A DNA stretch of 64,000 nucleotides. It comes from a virus (lineage: Duplodnaviria > Caudoviricetes). The stretch lies in IMG/VR virus record IMGVR_UViG_3300015606_001334, positions 160,001 to 224,000 of that record, one strand, 5' to 3'. The notes beneath the pieces are model-generated. The model was not told where the DNA came from, did not search any database, and worked only from the letters and a program-made list of their open reading frames with translations. This document shows positions 36,718-46,111 of the stretch, piece after piece. Numbering within the stretch: position 1 is the first letter of the stretch; every line of letters starts with the position of its first letter. The position numbers and the translations under genes are program-made.

Positions 36718-37167
36718 ATGACTAAAAAGAAAATACCACCGCTCATTATCGAGCACTTCGCGGACACTACGAATCTTTGCTTTGTGTCGCTTATTGAGTA
36801 CAAACGAGAACAATATCTCGGGATCATCGACAACATTACCGATACCGAACTGAATGCATTCATTCTAAGCCACGCGAAACCAGAAGTAATCTCAGCAAAC
36901 GATTTTGTACGTTTTGCTATTCGTTGGTTCTACAAGAGCTCTGGAAAATATCCGCTATCTTTCGAATTTGCTAGACTTGGCCTATCAAACAAGATTCAAC
37001 CTTTGTACAAAACCTTCGATTTAGGCTATGTTTCAAGAGTGGTTGGTAGACCATTCATCTTTGAAGACCTAAATGCTGGCACTAAGATCAAACGTCGTAG
37101 AGTAGTTCAAGTTCCTGAGTACGTAGAAATCAAATTCAAAAAACCAGCTTTGCAGCAAACCGCTTAA
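36718..37167 (+). CDS. hypothetical late protein
   Basis: 149-aa + strand ORF, GGAG RBS, ATAAATA at 36681. Confidence 0.75.
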   Translation: MTKKKIPPLIIEHFADTTNLCFVSLIEYKREQYLGIIDNITDTELNAFILSHAKPEVISANDFVRFAIRWFYKSSGKYPLSFEFARLGLSNKIQPLYKTFDLGYVSRVVGRPFIFEDLNAGTKIKRRRVVQVPEYVEIKFKKPALQQTA

Positions 37168-37354
37168 ACTGACTTTTTATAATTTGGTAAGCACCGTAGC
37201 AAATTACTCCAACGAAACCAACAGCAATACCTCCTACAGTCACAGTACAAGCAAAAGATACTAGGAGAACGAAGATGCCGCAGAATAATGGGGTTGCGAT
37301 AACAAGATAAGCGATCGCAAGAAAGAGTCTAAAAACGAATTGAAAGAAGTTCAT
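37136..37354 (-). CDS. small membrane protein
   Basis: 72-aa hydrophobic ORF. Confidence 0.55.
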   Translation of the reverse strand: MNFFQFVFRLFLAIAYLVIATPLFCGIFVLLVSFACTVTVGGIAVGFVGVICYGAYQIIKSQFKRFAAKLVF

Positions 37355-37947
37355 TAGAATTCGAATCCCAAGCTAATTAGATGAAGTTGTAATTGAACCA
37401 CAAGCGCATAAGATATTGCGTGGGCCTTTTTGAATGAGTACTCGTCATTCTCACCCTTTGCGTAAAGGAGTCTTCTACAAGACTCCTTTTCTTTTTGGTA
37501 GAGTCCAATCAGTGACTTCTTACCTGGGCGAATAAGAGCCAATACATCAGCTAGCTCTTCAGTAGAACGAGGACGGATCTTTGACACAGTCTCAAAATGA
37601 TTCGCCAGTTGGAATAGCTTTGACACGATCCCTGGGGACAGGAGAAGATTCCAATCCGGGTCAGTGTCTAACAACTCCTTTATCTCTTCACGACTTGAGA
37701 AATGATCATAAATTGTCAAGTGAAGAAAGTCAAGCTTCACATAGCCAAGTTCTTCAGCAATGTTGTACGGAATTGCACAAAGTCCTGAAATCGGATCCCT
37801 TGCGATTTTCTGCGGATAGACTCCGCAAGGATGAGGCTTTACTGTTTGGTCATCACCATCATAGATGCATGCCTTAGGCCAATTAGGAAAACACGACTCA
37901 GGCTTGAATGACGTCGGTAAGTCGATGTCGATATCGGCCTGATTCAC
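37354..37947 (-). CDS. DNA polymerase III alpha (DnaE/family C)-like catalytic fragment
   Basis: DIDID, HPCGVY, GYVKLDFL, LALIRPG, YSFKKAHAISYA. Confidence 0.85.
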   Translation of the reverse strand: MNQADIDIDLPTSFKPESCFPNWPKACIYDGDDQTVKPHPCGVYPQKIARDPISGLCAIPYNIAEELGYVKLDFLHLTIYDHFSSREEIKELLDTDPDWNLLLSPGIVSKLFQLANHFETVSKIRPRSTEELADVLALIRPGKKSLIGLYQKEKESCRRLLYAKGENDEYSFKKAHAISYALVVQLQLHLISLGFEF

Positions 37948-38723
37948 AGATTCATTTCCTTGTTGATTGCCATAATCTCTTTGACGAGTTCTTTATTGTC
38001 TTGTAGCTTCGTAGTCCAGTATGCTGGGTTGATAATTGCCGACAACTCCATCGACTCTTCTTTGGATACTGCCTTCAGATATTCGCTGAAACGTCTAGAG
38101 CAGAATAGGAACCAAGGAGAAAGCTTACGAAGACGGATCAGTTCAGCAATTCGTCGAACTCCAAGATGAATGAAAATGTCACCTATGTTTGCAACTTCGT
38201 CGGCTTCGGTGATGTCAAGCAGAGTTTCAATACTCAATTTGACCTGCTCAAGAGGATCAAGTTTCTTGTCCATCCACTCGAGATACATGGTGTAACATTG
38301 GTCTCGACGCCACAGAGCCGGAGAAATGTCCTTGTTGCACATGATCTCGACAAACTTTGCGGGATCGGCAATGTTCAATTTCTTAACGTGACGAGCAAAC
38401 TCAATAAATGAAGTATAGTATCGAGAAGTGGCAAAAGTATCGGCAGAAGGAGCTTTACGCTTGTATGCCTTCATCCAATCGCAATAGAACATGTACGCAC
38501 CTTGACCGATCGGTGTTGCCAGTTCTTCAGTACGCTCTTTCTCTCGACAGCTGTGCTTCATGTAGTAAGTTTCATTCGCGAGAACCTTACCACAATATTG
38601 ACATTTCCACTCAGGATTGTAGCTATCTTCTGTCGAAACCTTTCGACGACGATGCGAGGCTGAGCTGACTAAGTCATCAGCATCCATCATCACTACCGGA
38701 TTTTCTTTTGCTTTTCTAGCCAT
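37944..38723 (-). CDS. C2H2-type zinc-finger protein
   Basis: WKCQYCGK...YMKHSC. Confidence 0.65.
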   Translation of the reverse strand: MARKAKENPVVMMDADDLVSSASHRRRKVSTEDSYNPEWKCQYCGKVLANETYYMKHSCREKERTEELATPIGQGAYMFYCDWMKAYKRKAPSADTFATSRYYTSFIEFARHVKKLNIADPAKFVEIMCNKDISPALWRRDQCYTMYLEWMDKKLDPLEQVKLSIETLLDITEADEVANIGDIFIHLGVRRIAELIRLRKLSPWFLFCSRRFSEYLKAVSKEESMELSAIINPAYWTTKLQDNKELVKEIMAINKEMNL

Positions 38724-38744
38724 ATTTCACCATATGATATTATA

Positions 38745-39227
38745 TCATTTTCCCTGAGCTTTTTCAAATTCTTTTTTGAGCTTCTTGACTTCGTCATCCT
38801 GCATGCCGACTTCATGACATATTTTGACGAACTCTTCTGGGGTCAATCGTTCAAGATAATATCCAATATTTCGTTCAGATTCTTCGAAGTATTCCTTGAG
38901 AATAGCCTTGACCGCATCGGCTTTAGCACCTTTCTCTTTGTTTGAAGGTCGTTTTACCCATGAATACCGATTTTGTCTACCTCTAGAGGACAATGCCAAC
39001 ATAATGAAGGCGACATCTTCTTTACCCTTTAAGGTGGTAAACAGGTGTGGGTTAACAAACTCATTGAGATAAAGAACTTGACCGTCATTATCAGAGTTTT
39101 GCATCCACATAGTGAAGACATATGGAGATGCTTGCTTCTTTTCTTCGTCAGTTAGCTTATCCCAAAAATCAAAGTCAAGGGAGTTAAGCCTACGAAAGGC
39201 ACCAAATATGTCAAGTTTTTCGGCCAT
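38745..39227 (-). CDS. clamp loader small subunit (T4 gp62-like), putative
   Basis: SPYVFTMW...LNEFVN...RYSWVK pattern; position next to clamp loader ATPase. Confidence 0.6.
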   Translation of the reverse strand: MAEKLDIFGAFRRLNSLDFDFWDKLTDEEKKQASPYVFTMWMQNSDNDGQVLYLNEFVNPHLFTTLKGKEDVAFIMLALSSRGRQNRYSWVKRPSNKEKGAKADAVKAILKEYFEESERNIGYYLERLTPEEFVKICHEVGMQDDEVKKLKKEFEKAQGK

Positions 39228-39511
39228 TACGCGTCTTCCAAACCTACTGATAGTGACTCTTTGAATGAGAACATTTGACGCTCAAGAAGAGCACCATGAT
39301 TCGGCTTCAACAAAGCTGGTACTTGAGGATTACTGTCGATAGCTTTCAGCATTACGATAGCTTGGACATACTCATGTTGAAGTTTCTCGATTGCTGCATC
39401 CATCGACCCATTCTGTTTTCCAGATTGACGTGCATCAATAATTCCTTTAGATGCGCTCATCAAATTGAGAAGTTGGGTCTTGATCTTTTCGACATCTTCA
39501 GGCTTACTCAT
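39227..39511 (-). CDS. hypothetical protein
   Basis: 94-aa ORF. Confidence 0.55.
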   Translation of the reverse strand: MSKPEDVEKIKTQLLNLMSASKGIIDARQSGKQNGSMDAAIEKLQHEYVQAIVMLKAIDSNPQVPALLKPNHGALLERQMFSFKESLSVGLEDA

Positions 39512-39513
39512 TT

Positions 39514-40443
39514 TTACACTCTCCCTAGGCTGATCAGCAAAGCTTCCATGTTTAGTTCAGGCAAAGCAACGATGCTATGCTTGTACACATAATCGTTCAA
39601 AGTGATGATGGACTCTTCCAACTTTGCTGCGTCAGTCTTATACGCTAGCTTGAGACCATCATAGATGAGACGGAACAATTCTTCGTAATCTTCCTTGGCG
39701 ACAGAGGTTCTGACTAGCTTGCGAAGATCGCCGAACTTCTGTGCCTTCAACAGGTCAAGAACTGCGAACTTGTAGTCAGAAGAATCACCAGTGTTTGAGC
39801 TTGCTACGACTAGCTTACCAGTCGAGCTAAAATCTTCGAGATACTTGATGATGCTACGAATGTCTGGATAGTTTGCGTTGACGACCTTTTCTAGATCATC
39901 AGCATCAAAGTCGACATTTTCAGTGAATAGGATTTCGCCCATTCGCATGAGAACTTCATCGAGAGCTGGTGTCGCGAAACGGAAAGATACCGAACGGGAC
40001 TTAATCGCTGGCATGATCTTGTTGTCATAGTTACAAGTCAAGATAAAACGAGCGGTGTCAGAGAAGTTTTCCATGAGAACGCGGAGAGCTGCTTGAGCGT
40101 TCAAAGAAAGGTAATCAGCTTCTTCAAGGCGAACAACCTTGAAGTTACCAACGGGCATGGTGGAGACGAAATTCTTGATCTTGTCTCGCATGGCATCGAT
40201 ACCGGTTTCTTCAGAGGCATTGATAGTTAGGACGTCGATACGATCGATCTTCAAGTCCTTGATCAATGCTCGAGAAATTGTCGTTTTGCCGCTACCTTGA
40301 ACCCCTGATAGTAGAAGGTTTGGGAATTCCTTGCTCTTTCGATATCCCAAGAACTTTTCCTTCTGAGAATCGTTCTGGAAGATTACTTCGTCAAGACTAT
40401 TCGGGCGATATTTTTCAACCCACAAACGACTAATTGATGCCAT
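39514..40443 (-). CDS. clamp loader ATPase subunit (T4 gp44/RFC-like)
   Basis: LWVEKYRP, GVQGSGKTT, INAS, LEEAD, FILTCN, IKSR. Confidence 0.93.
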   Translation of the reverse strand: MASISRLWVEKYRPNSLDEVIFQNDSQKEKFLGYRKSKEFPNLLLSGVQGSGKTTISRALIKDLKIDRIDVLTINASEETGIDAMRDKIKNFVSTMPVGNFKVVRLEEADYLSLNAQAALRVLMENFSDTARFILTCNYDNKIMPAIKSRSVSFRFATPALDEVLMRMGEILFTENVDFDADDLEKVVNANYPDIRSIIKYLEDFSSTGKLVVASSNTGDSSDYKFAVLDLLKAQKFGDLRKLVRTSVAKEDYEELFRLIYDGLKLAYKTDAAKLEESIITLNDYVYKHSIVALPELNMEALLISLGRV

Positions 40444-40470
40444 GCTTAGACCCTTTTAAGGTAAATAAGA

Positions 40471-40500
40471 ATTATAAACTAAATTGTGAAGCTTGTAAAC
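40471..40500 (-). promoter_or_regulatory. early-type promoter GTTTAC-N18-TATAAT
   Basis: Recurrent motif. Confidence 0.75.
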
Positions 40501-40504
40501 TGTC

Positions 40505-41767
40505 TTACTCAGCGGCCGAGTAAATGTTCAAGACTTTTTTTGATGGTTTCCATGCACCCTCGCTTTCTTGATCATTGAAGGTCACATCAGCTTCGTGATG
40601 ACTTACCTTTCCAAGATCAGAAGGTTGGACTTCTGGAACTTCTTCTTGAACTTCCTCAACTATTTCATTTTCAAGAATTTCTGCTAGCTGTTCGTCAGTA
40701 GTGACGGTTGGCTTTGGCTCTGATTCTTCTTTACGCTTTCTGCCTCGCTTCTTCTTACCTGATTCAGTTTGAACTGGAACGTCGCTTTCAACGACCAACT
40801 CAACTAGACCAGTTGGAGGAACAAATTCTTTCGCAGCTTCTTCTACGGCCTCAGCAGATTGCTCGAATGCTTGGTCTTCTTCTAAAGGCTGAATTCCGGT
40901 CAAATCTGGAATTAGCACTGGAAAATCAGCAGGAGTTTCAATCTTGCTTTCTACAGCTTCTGCCTTTGGTTCTTCACCTAAGATCTTCTCGATTTCTTCG
41001 TAATCTAGCGATTCTTCAGGAACGAATTCGTCTTCTTCCTCAAGCTCTTCAAGCTCTTCTTCGAAAGAAGGTTCGACAGGCTTTGGTTGATTTCTCAACT
41101 GATCGAGCAAGAAATTGCCAGCAATAATCAAAGCGACAGCTAGCGGGTCAAATACGAAAATGATGAGTAGAATGACATACTTAACTGCGGATTCAACAGT
41201 TGTATCGAATGCCTGAGCGATGTACAAGATTGGACCAGCGTGAGCATTGACGTCAACTTGTTCCAATTGTAGCTTTGGTAGCTCTTGATCAATCTCTACG
41301 ATACGAGAGTTGATATGCTCAAGTTCGCCTGCGAACTGCTTTTGAAGCTTTTGACGGCCACGAACGTTTTCTGGCGGCAACTGAGAAATCTGCTTATCGA
41401 TTTCCACTTTACGAGATTCCAAGCGAGTCTTCTCTTCAGTCATGGACTTAACCACGATTTCAGAACCCTTAGTAGGGATGATCGCTTTTTGGAATTCTGC
41501 AGACAAATAACCTGCTGCCCCAGAAGAGGTAATCACCATGAGAATAGCAGCTGCTACCGTCATGTAGTACTTCATGGACTTAGGGATGTTATTCCACTGC
41601 TTGTAGAGGAATGAAACGGTGATCACCTTAGCTATGTCCAGCGACAAAGCAAGGGCAATAATGACAGGGTTTGTAGAGAAAAGTGCGGACAGGCCCACAA
41701 TCGAAATGTATGAGCCTATCGATTCAATCAAAAAAGCAGATATAAAAACTAAAGATGCGAATAACAT
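40505..41767 (-). CDS. multi-pass membrane protein with coiled coil and long acidic tail
   Basis: TM helices, IIFVFDPLAVAL, Glu-rich C-terminus; TATAAATA upstream. Confidence 0.75.
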   Translation of the reverse strand: MLFASLVFISAFLIESIGSYISIVGLSALFSTNPVIIALALSLDIAKVITVSFLYKQWNNIPKSMKYYMTVAAAILMVITSSGAAGYLSAEFQKAIIPTKGSEIVVKSMTEEKTRLESRKVEIDKQISQLPPENVRGRQKLQKQFAGELEHINSRIVEIDQELPKLQLEQVDVNAHAGPILYIAQAFDTTVESAVKYVILLIIFVFDPLAVALIIAGNFLLDQLRNQPKPVEPSFEEELEELEEEDEFVPEESLDYEEIEKILGEEPKAEAVESKIETPADFPVLIPDLTGIQPLEEDQAFEQSAEAVEEAAKEFVPPTGLVELVVESDVPVQTESGKKKRGRKRKEESEPKPTVTTDEQLAEILENEIVEEVQEEVPEVQPSDLGKVSHHEADVTFNDQESEGAWKPSKKVLNIYSAAE

Positions 41768-41824
41768 TGTTATTGGCCTATGCGGTGATAATTAGTTATT
41801 TATATCCAACTGACACGGATGGTG

Positions 41825-42139
41825 TCAGTATGATCGTACTTGAGTGTCGGAGATCGCCGAAACGTGAGGATAATTGGTTTTCCATAGCTTGGTTTTATCT
41901 TCAAGCGTGACACCCGGTGTCCATTTAAGACCATCAACCAAAACGAACTTGCCTGGTTGAATCTCCTCGCCAACTTCTGGGCCAACAGCTACGACAACTC
42001 CCCAACGAGCGTCGTCTTGCTTATCGATAGTTGCTACGTTAGCTTGGATGATGTCACTCAACTTCGGAGTAAACATACCACCTTTAAAATCGTCAACAAA
42101 CGTGAAAAGGATTGAATCGCCTAGAGCTTTCAATTTCAT
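41825..42139 (-). CDS. GroES-like co-chaperonin
   Basis: LKALGDSIL...GVVVAVGP...IQPGKFVL. Confidence 0.75.
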   Translation of the reverse strand: MKLKALGDSILFTFVDDFKGGMFTPKLSDIIQANVATIDKQDDARWGVVVAVGPEVGEEIQPGKFVLVDGLKWTPGVTLEDKTKLWKTNYPHVSAISDTQVRSY

Positions 42140-42306
42140 TTTATTATCCTTATTTTGGAAATTGTGTCAATATGAGGGTCGGTCACCTGCCAACCAAATC
42201 CGAAAATTGCCGCGAAAAAGATCGCACACAGAATGAGAGGGAAACCTATCATTGCTAATGGGAAAGTAAACAAAAATGCGGGACACCCGCAAAAGAATAC
42301 CCTCAT
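42136..42306 (-). CDS. small hydrophobic protein (56 aa; not in ORF track)
   Basis: MRVFFCGCPAFLFTFPLAMIGFPLILCAIFFAAIFGFGWQVTDPHIDTISKIRIIK; TAATG and ATGA overlaps with both neighbours. Confidence 0.6.
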   Translation of the reverse strand: MRVFFCGCPAFLFTFPLAMIGFPLILCAIFFAAIFGFGWQVTDPHIDTISKIRIIK

Positions 42307-42563
42307 TATTCTGCTGAGGTGTCTTCGTCAGTTTCTTCGACTATGGACTCTTGGACAGCTTGGACCGCCAATGCCATTGCGGATGAAGCAGTCTCGCCGC
42401 TTATTTGAGCAGCCTTCTTTGCAGAAATGCCATCTTTATCATTGATGAATTGACGACGTTGGTCGACTGAAACGGGAGGTGGAACACTCTTAAGCGCTTG
42501 TTTGATTTCTAGTTCATCGAAATTAACTACTGCGCCACGTGCGCTACGTGCAAATTTTCCCAT
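42306..42563 (-). CDS. hypothetical late protein
   Basis: RSARGAVVNFDEL; TATAAATA at about 42600. Confidence 0.7.
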   Translation of the reverse strand: MGKFARSARGAVVNFDELEIKQALKSVPPPVSVDQRRQFINDKDGISAKKAAQISGETASSAMALAVQAVQESIVEETDEDTSAE

Positions 42564-42614
42564 ATTTGTTATCCTTATTGGTTTGTTGAAAAACTTAACT
42601 ATTTATATGTCGAA

Positions 42615-43172
42615 TCAGTGGAAAAATTCTTCAACGGGAATATTGTATTTGAGAGGGTTGACTAAGTTCAAGCCCAAAAGAAAGAGAATGTAGCATGCGC
42701 ATGAAGATCCACGGCCAACACCGAACACTACAGAATTTTTGTTAAAGGTATCAACCACATAGATGATAGTCTTAAACAGTAGTTCAATGTTCCGTTTACC
42801 GATTTCTTCAAGCTCACGATCAACTCGCTTCTGAGCTTCATATTTCTGAGATGCCGTCATAGGAATCTCATCAAGCTTTTTCTGAACGAACTCTTTTAAG
42901 TCCAATGTCAAATACTCAATAGGAATATTGTAGACAAGCGGAGAAATCGCGGTTAAGATTTCCTCGTTCTGCTTAGACAATCGAATTTTATCGGTGTCTT
43001 CGTCAACCAATTGATTATGCTGCTTAATGTCCTCTGTTATTGAGAGGGTAGAAATCTGACTCGGTTTCAGCCCCTTCAATAACAGATCGCATGTCTTTTC
43101 TGGATCATGAGCTTCAACCGTACCGTCAAAGTACAGTCGATACTTCTGAAGCTCAATAAACAGCTCTTCCAT
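42615..43172 (-). CDS. DNA polymerase III alpha (DnaE)-like N-terminal palm fragment
   Basis: RVDRELEEI, FGVGRGSSCACYILFLLGLNLVNPLKYNIPVEEFF (cf. [34 protein letters not shown]). Confidence 0.85.
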   Translation of the reverse strand: MEELFIELQKYRLYFDGTVEAHDPEKTCDLLLKGLKPSQISTLSITEDIKQHNQLVDEDTDKIRLSKQNEEILTAISPLVYNIPIEYLTLDLKEFVQKKLDEIPMTASQKYEAQKRVDRELEEIGKRNIELLFKTIIYVVDTFNKNSVVFGVGRGSSCACYILFLLGLNLVNPLKYNIPVEEFFH

Positions 43173-43531
43173 TAGATTTTTGAGATACCCTTACCAATGA
43201 AGCCCATCACGCTGTCGCTGATCTTTTCGACTTTCTTTTCGTGAGGGCGATGGGTGTGCATGTTGAAGGTGTCGAAGGCTTCGTACTTGACGCCGTCCAC
43301 AGCACAAACTTCCTTCATTTCCTTTTGGCAGGCATATTCAGCCAGCTTGAGGAGAATGGTCTGCGGCACAGTGGTGCAAGGCCATTCAGCATTGAACTTC
43401 AGATCCCAAGTACCTTCACGGAAGAACTTGATCGCGGCTTTTCGATGCTCTGCGTTTTTAGGATCAAAATCGATGCGGTCCTTAAGGAACTGAACACGGC
43501 TCGGATAACGTTCAACAAAAGTTTCAACCAT
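43172..43531 (-). CDS. hypothetical protein
   Basis: 119-aa ORF. Confidence 0.6.
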   Translation of the reverse strand: MVETFVERYPSRVQFLKDRIDFDPKNAEHRKAAIKFFREGTWDLKFNAEWPCTTVPQTILLKLAEYACQKEMKEVCAVDGVKYEAFDTFNMHTHRPHEKKVEKISDSVMGFIGKGISKI

Positions 43532-43532
43532 C

Positions 43533-44159
43533 TTAGTTACTCTCCAGAATGTGATTTAGTCGGCCAAGGTATGCTTGGAGTAAATTATCGTCCATCAATT
43601 TTTCAATTATAACACCTTTCTTGAAAAGATGTAACCGCTGATCTTCATAACTATCGACACGATCATACAAATCCTTGAACACGATTCGCTTGATGCCGAC
43701 AGCAGGAAGATTCTTTGAACATTGAAGACATGGTTGGAGGGTACAATACAAAGTAGAGCCATCCAACGAGATGCCATGCTTTGCGGCCCAATTGATCGCA
43801 TTCAATTCAGCATGGGCCTCATTGACATCAGACCATGCACGATGCGCCTTTGCATCAAAGCCTTCCAATGGGAAAAGCTCATCGCAATTCTCGTCTCCGC
43901 TCGATGTTCCATTGATACCTGTAGAGAGTGTTCTACCATCTTTCTCGATTACGCAGCCAACTTGCCGTGACACACAATGCGAGAGATATGATAGATTAAT
44001 TGCGTTGCCAATGAAGACACGATCCAGAAGGTGCTGCTTCAAAAACACTTCAGCTTGTTCTAATATGACTCGCTGATCGGCAAAACGAGGAGCCTTCTTA
44101 ACTCGACTCCTCATTTGCTTGATTTGTTGGGTAAAATCTCTGAGACTTGTGTTATGCAT
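43533..44159 (-). CDS. dCMP deaminase
   Basis: SHCVSRQVGCVI, HAELNAI, PCLQC. Confidence 0.92.
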   Translation of the reverse strand: MHNTSLRDFTQQIKQMRSRVKKAPRFADQRVILEQAEVFLKQHLLDRVFIGNAINLSYLSHCVSRQVGCVIEKDGRTLSTGINGTSSGDENCDELFPLEGFDAKAHRAWSDVNEAHAELNAINWAAKHGISLDGSTLYCTLQPCLQCSKNLPAVGIKRIVFKDLYDRVDSYEDQRLHLFKKGVIIEKLMDDNLLQAYLGRLNHILESN

Positions 44160-44793
44160 TGTTGATTTCTGCTTTCATACCACGGGAGGAGAGGATAACG
44201 GTGTCACTATCTTCAAAGTGCCACTTCACCTTAGCATTGAGGTTGACCGTCAAACCCTTTTCAAGGGCTTCGGTAAAGAGGTCGATGAACTTTGCTGCGT
44301 TCGTCTTAACAGTGAAGAAGATACCAGCCTTGTTCTTCATGGAAATCTTAGTGGTTACGCCAGCGAAGTAACCTTCACCGACTACAACTTCTTCGACCTT
44401 GCGAACTTCCAGCTTTCGGATTTCAGACTTTTCACCAACGACATACCATTCGTCGATGACTTCAGCAACGGCGGCCTTACGCATATCGCGTTCAGTACCA
44501 TTGATGAGAACTTCCATTTGCTTCTGCGACAGGTTACCAAAGCGTTGCCACTTGTTGGCGATGTCCAGGAAGAAATCGTTCTTGGAGTTAACTGCGAAAG
44601 CCAAAGCCTTTTCAAACTTGGCCTTGAACTCCGGTTCCAGCGTTGCAAGGATCTTTTCCCGAGATTCAGCAGCTTGCTGTGCCCAAACCGCTTGACGAGC
44701 CTTCCATTCGGCTTCACGTTGAGCTTGCTTTTCGGCCTTCTTAGCCAGCTTACGTTCCATCTTTTGTTCTTCGGTCATCTTCGGGCGGGCCAT
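44152..44793 (-). CDS. hypothetical early protein
   Basis: Start set at MARPKM behind GGAG and early promoter. Confidence 0.7.
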   Translation of the reverse strand: MARPKMTEEQKMERKLAKKAEKQAQREAEWKARQAVWAQQAAESREKILATLEPEFKAKFEKALAFAVNSKNDFFLDIANKWQRFGNLSQKQMEVLINGTERDMRKAAVAEVIDEWYVVGEKSEIRKLEVRKVEEVVVGEGYFAGVTTKISMKNKAGIFFTVKTNAAKFIDLFTEALEKGLTVNLNAKVKWHFEDSDTVILSSRGMKAEINNA

Positions 44794-44824
44794 GATAATC
44801 TCCAAGTTTGCTGATGTTAGGTGA

Positions 44825-44854
44825 ATTATATCAAACAAACTTGGAAATGTAAAC
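44825..44854 (-). promoter_or_regulatory. early-type promoter GTTTAC-N18-TATAAT
   Basis: Recurrent motif. Confidence 0.75.
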
Positions 44855-44861
44855 CAAAATT

Positions 44862-45122
44862 TTATGGAAGCGTTGTTGCCATGATTCGGTTGTCTCTTGC
44901 GTCTCTGATGTTGTCTGCTTTGTATCTGTCTAGATACCACTCTAGACCTTTAGGAGTTGCTGCGTAAAACCAGTAATCCTTGTCGATTACTACTTCAGCT
45001 GCAAAACCTAACGCGAGCAAACCATTTCTACCGACCTTTGAAGGTAAACCTCCATCTCGTAGAGGTCCTCTTTCAACTAAGGCGACGAGAGTATCGATTT
45101 CTGCGCCAGTTAGAGCTTGCAT
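44862..45122 (-). CDS. hypothetical protein
   Basis: 86-aa ORF coupled to dut stop. Confidence 0.6.
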   Translation of the reverse strand: MQALTGAEIDTLVALVERGPLRDGGLPSKVGRNGLLALGFAAEVVIDKDYWFYAATPKGLEWYLDRYKADNIRDARDNRIMATTLP

Positions 45123-45577
45123 TACTTGGTACCAGTAGATCCAAACCCATCTGCACCACGAGCACCAGCGACGTGGATGTCGCGATATAGCTCGTCTTCA
45201 GGAACAGCAATGGTTTCAAAGGTGATGACTGGAATCAAGATGCCTTGAACGATCTTCTCACCTGGAACAATAGTTTGATCCTGCTCGCCAGCATTGATCA
45301 TGTTGATGTGAACTTCACCAGAGTAACCGTGGTCGATTACACAAGCACCAACAATCAAAGAGCGCTTTGCCGCAACACCAGACTTGTTGAAGAAAACTAG
45401 AGCGTAACCTGCTGGAACTTCGACCTTGATACCAGCTGGGATCTTAACACTTTGACCTGGCTTTAGAACAGTTTCGGGGAAATCGTTTGGTACAAAGAAA
45501 TCGATACCCGCATCGGCGCCAGAGTTAGCACGTTGAGGAATTTTGACGTCGCGGGTTTGTGCCATTTTAAGGTACAT
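45122..45577 (-). CDS. dut: trimeric dUTPase
   Basis: DAGIDF, NKSG, VIDHGYSGE, EKIVQ, RGADGFGSTG; start set at MYLKM. Confidence 0.93.
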   Translation of the reverse strand: MYLKMAQTRDVKIPQRANSGADAGIDFFVPNDFPETVLKPGQSVKIPAGIKVEVPAGYALVFFNKSGVAAKRSLIVGACVIDHGYSGEVHINMINAGEQDQTIVPGEKIVQGILIPVITFETIAVPEDELYRDIHVAGARGADGFGSTGTK

Positions 45578-45645
45578 GTTATTGTTCTCCGTTTTTATTA
45601 TGATTATGAGAGGTAGTTGGCATTGCACCAACTACCAAGTTGAAA

Positions 45646-45675
45646 ATTATAAACTAACTTGTTGATTTTGTAAAC
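45646..45675 (-). promoter_or_regulatory. early-type promoter GTTTAC-N18-TATAAT
   Basis: Recurrent motif. Confidence 0.75.
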
Positions 45676-45681
45676 GTTTGC

Positions 45682-46050
45682 TTAAGCAGCAGGGTCGTCT
45701 TTTCTTTTACCGCCTGGTATTCCATACTTAGCGGAAACGAACTTGCTGTAGCCTTCAACAGAACCAACATAAGCAAGATAAATTGCTAGAAGATCCCAAG
45801 TCATTTTATCGTTCATAGCCAATTTGACCATGATCCAAGTCGCAATCATTGCGCCAACCAACTGGATTAGTTTGGTTAGAGAAATTTCATGAGCGCCTGG
45901 TTTTCTAATAAGGTCAATCCAATTCAACTTGCTCTGAGCCTGAGCGGTCCAGAACATGATGACAAATGAACCAAACATTAGAATGATAACGAAAGACATT
46001 AGATCCATTCCGTTGAAGAATGCTTCTTGAAGACTGTGTAAAAATTCCAT
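45682..46050 (-). CDS. putative holin-like three-TM membrane protein
   Basis: Three hydrophobic helices, basic C-tail, late promoter and RBS-sequestering hairpin like the endolysin's. Confidence 0.55.
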   Translation of the reverse strand: MEFLHSLQEAFFNGMDLMSFVIILMFGSFVIMFWTAQAQSKLNWIDLIRKPGAHEISLTKLIQLVGAMIATWIMVKLAMNDKMTWDLLAIYLAYVGSVEGYSKFVSAKYGIPGGKRKDDPAA

Positions 46051-46051
46051 T

Positions 46052-46099
46052 TTAGGTTACCTTTCATAAACCGGTAAAGTATTTATGAAGGTAACCTAA
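46052..46099 (-). promoter_or_regulatory. RBS-occluding hairpin containing a late promoter
   Basis: UUAGGUUACCUUCAUAAA...UUUAUGAAAGGUAACCUAA-A-AUG; ATAAATA at end of 5' arm. Confidence 0.75.
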
Positions 46100-46111
46100 T
46101 TTTAGTTCATT

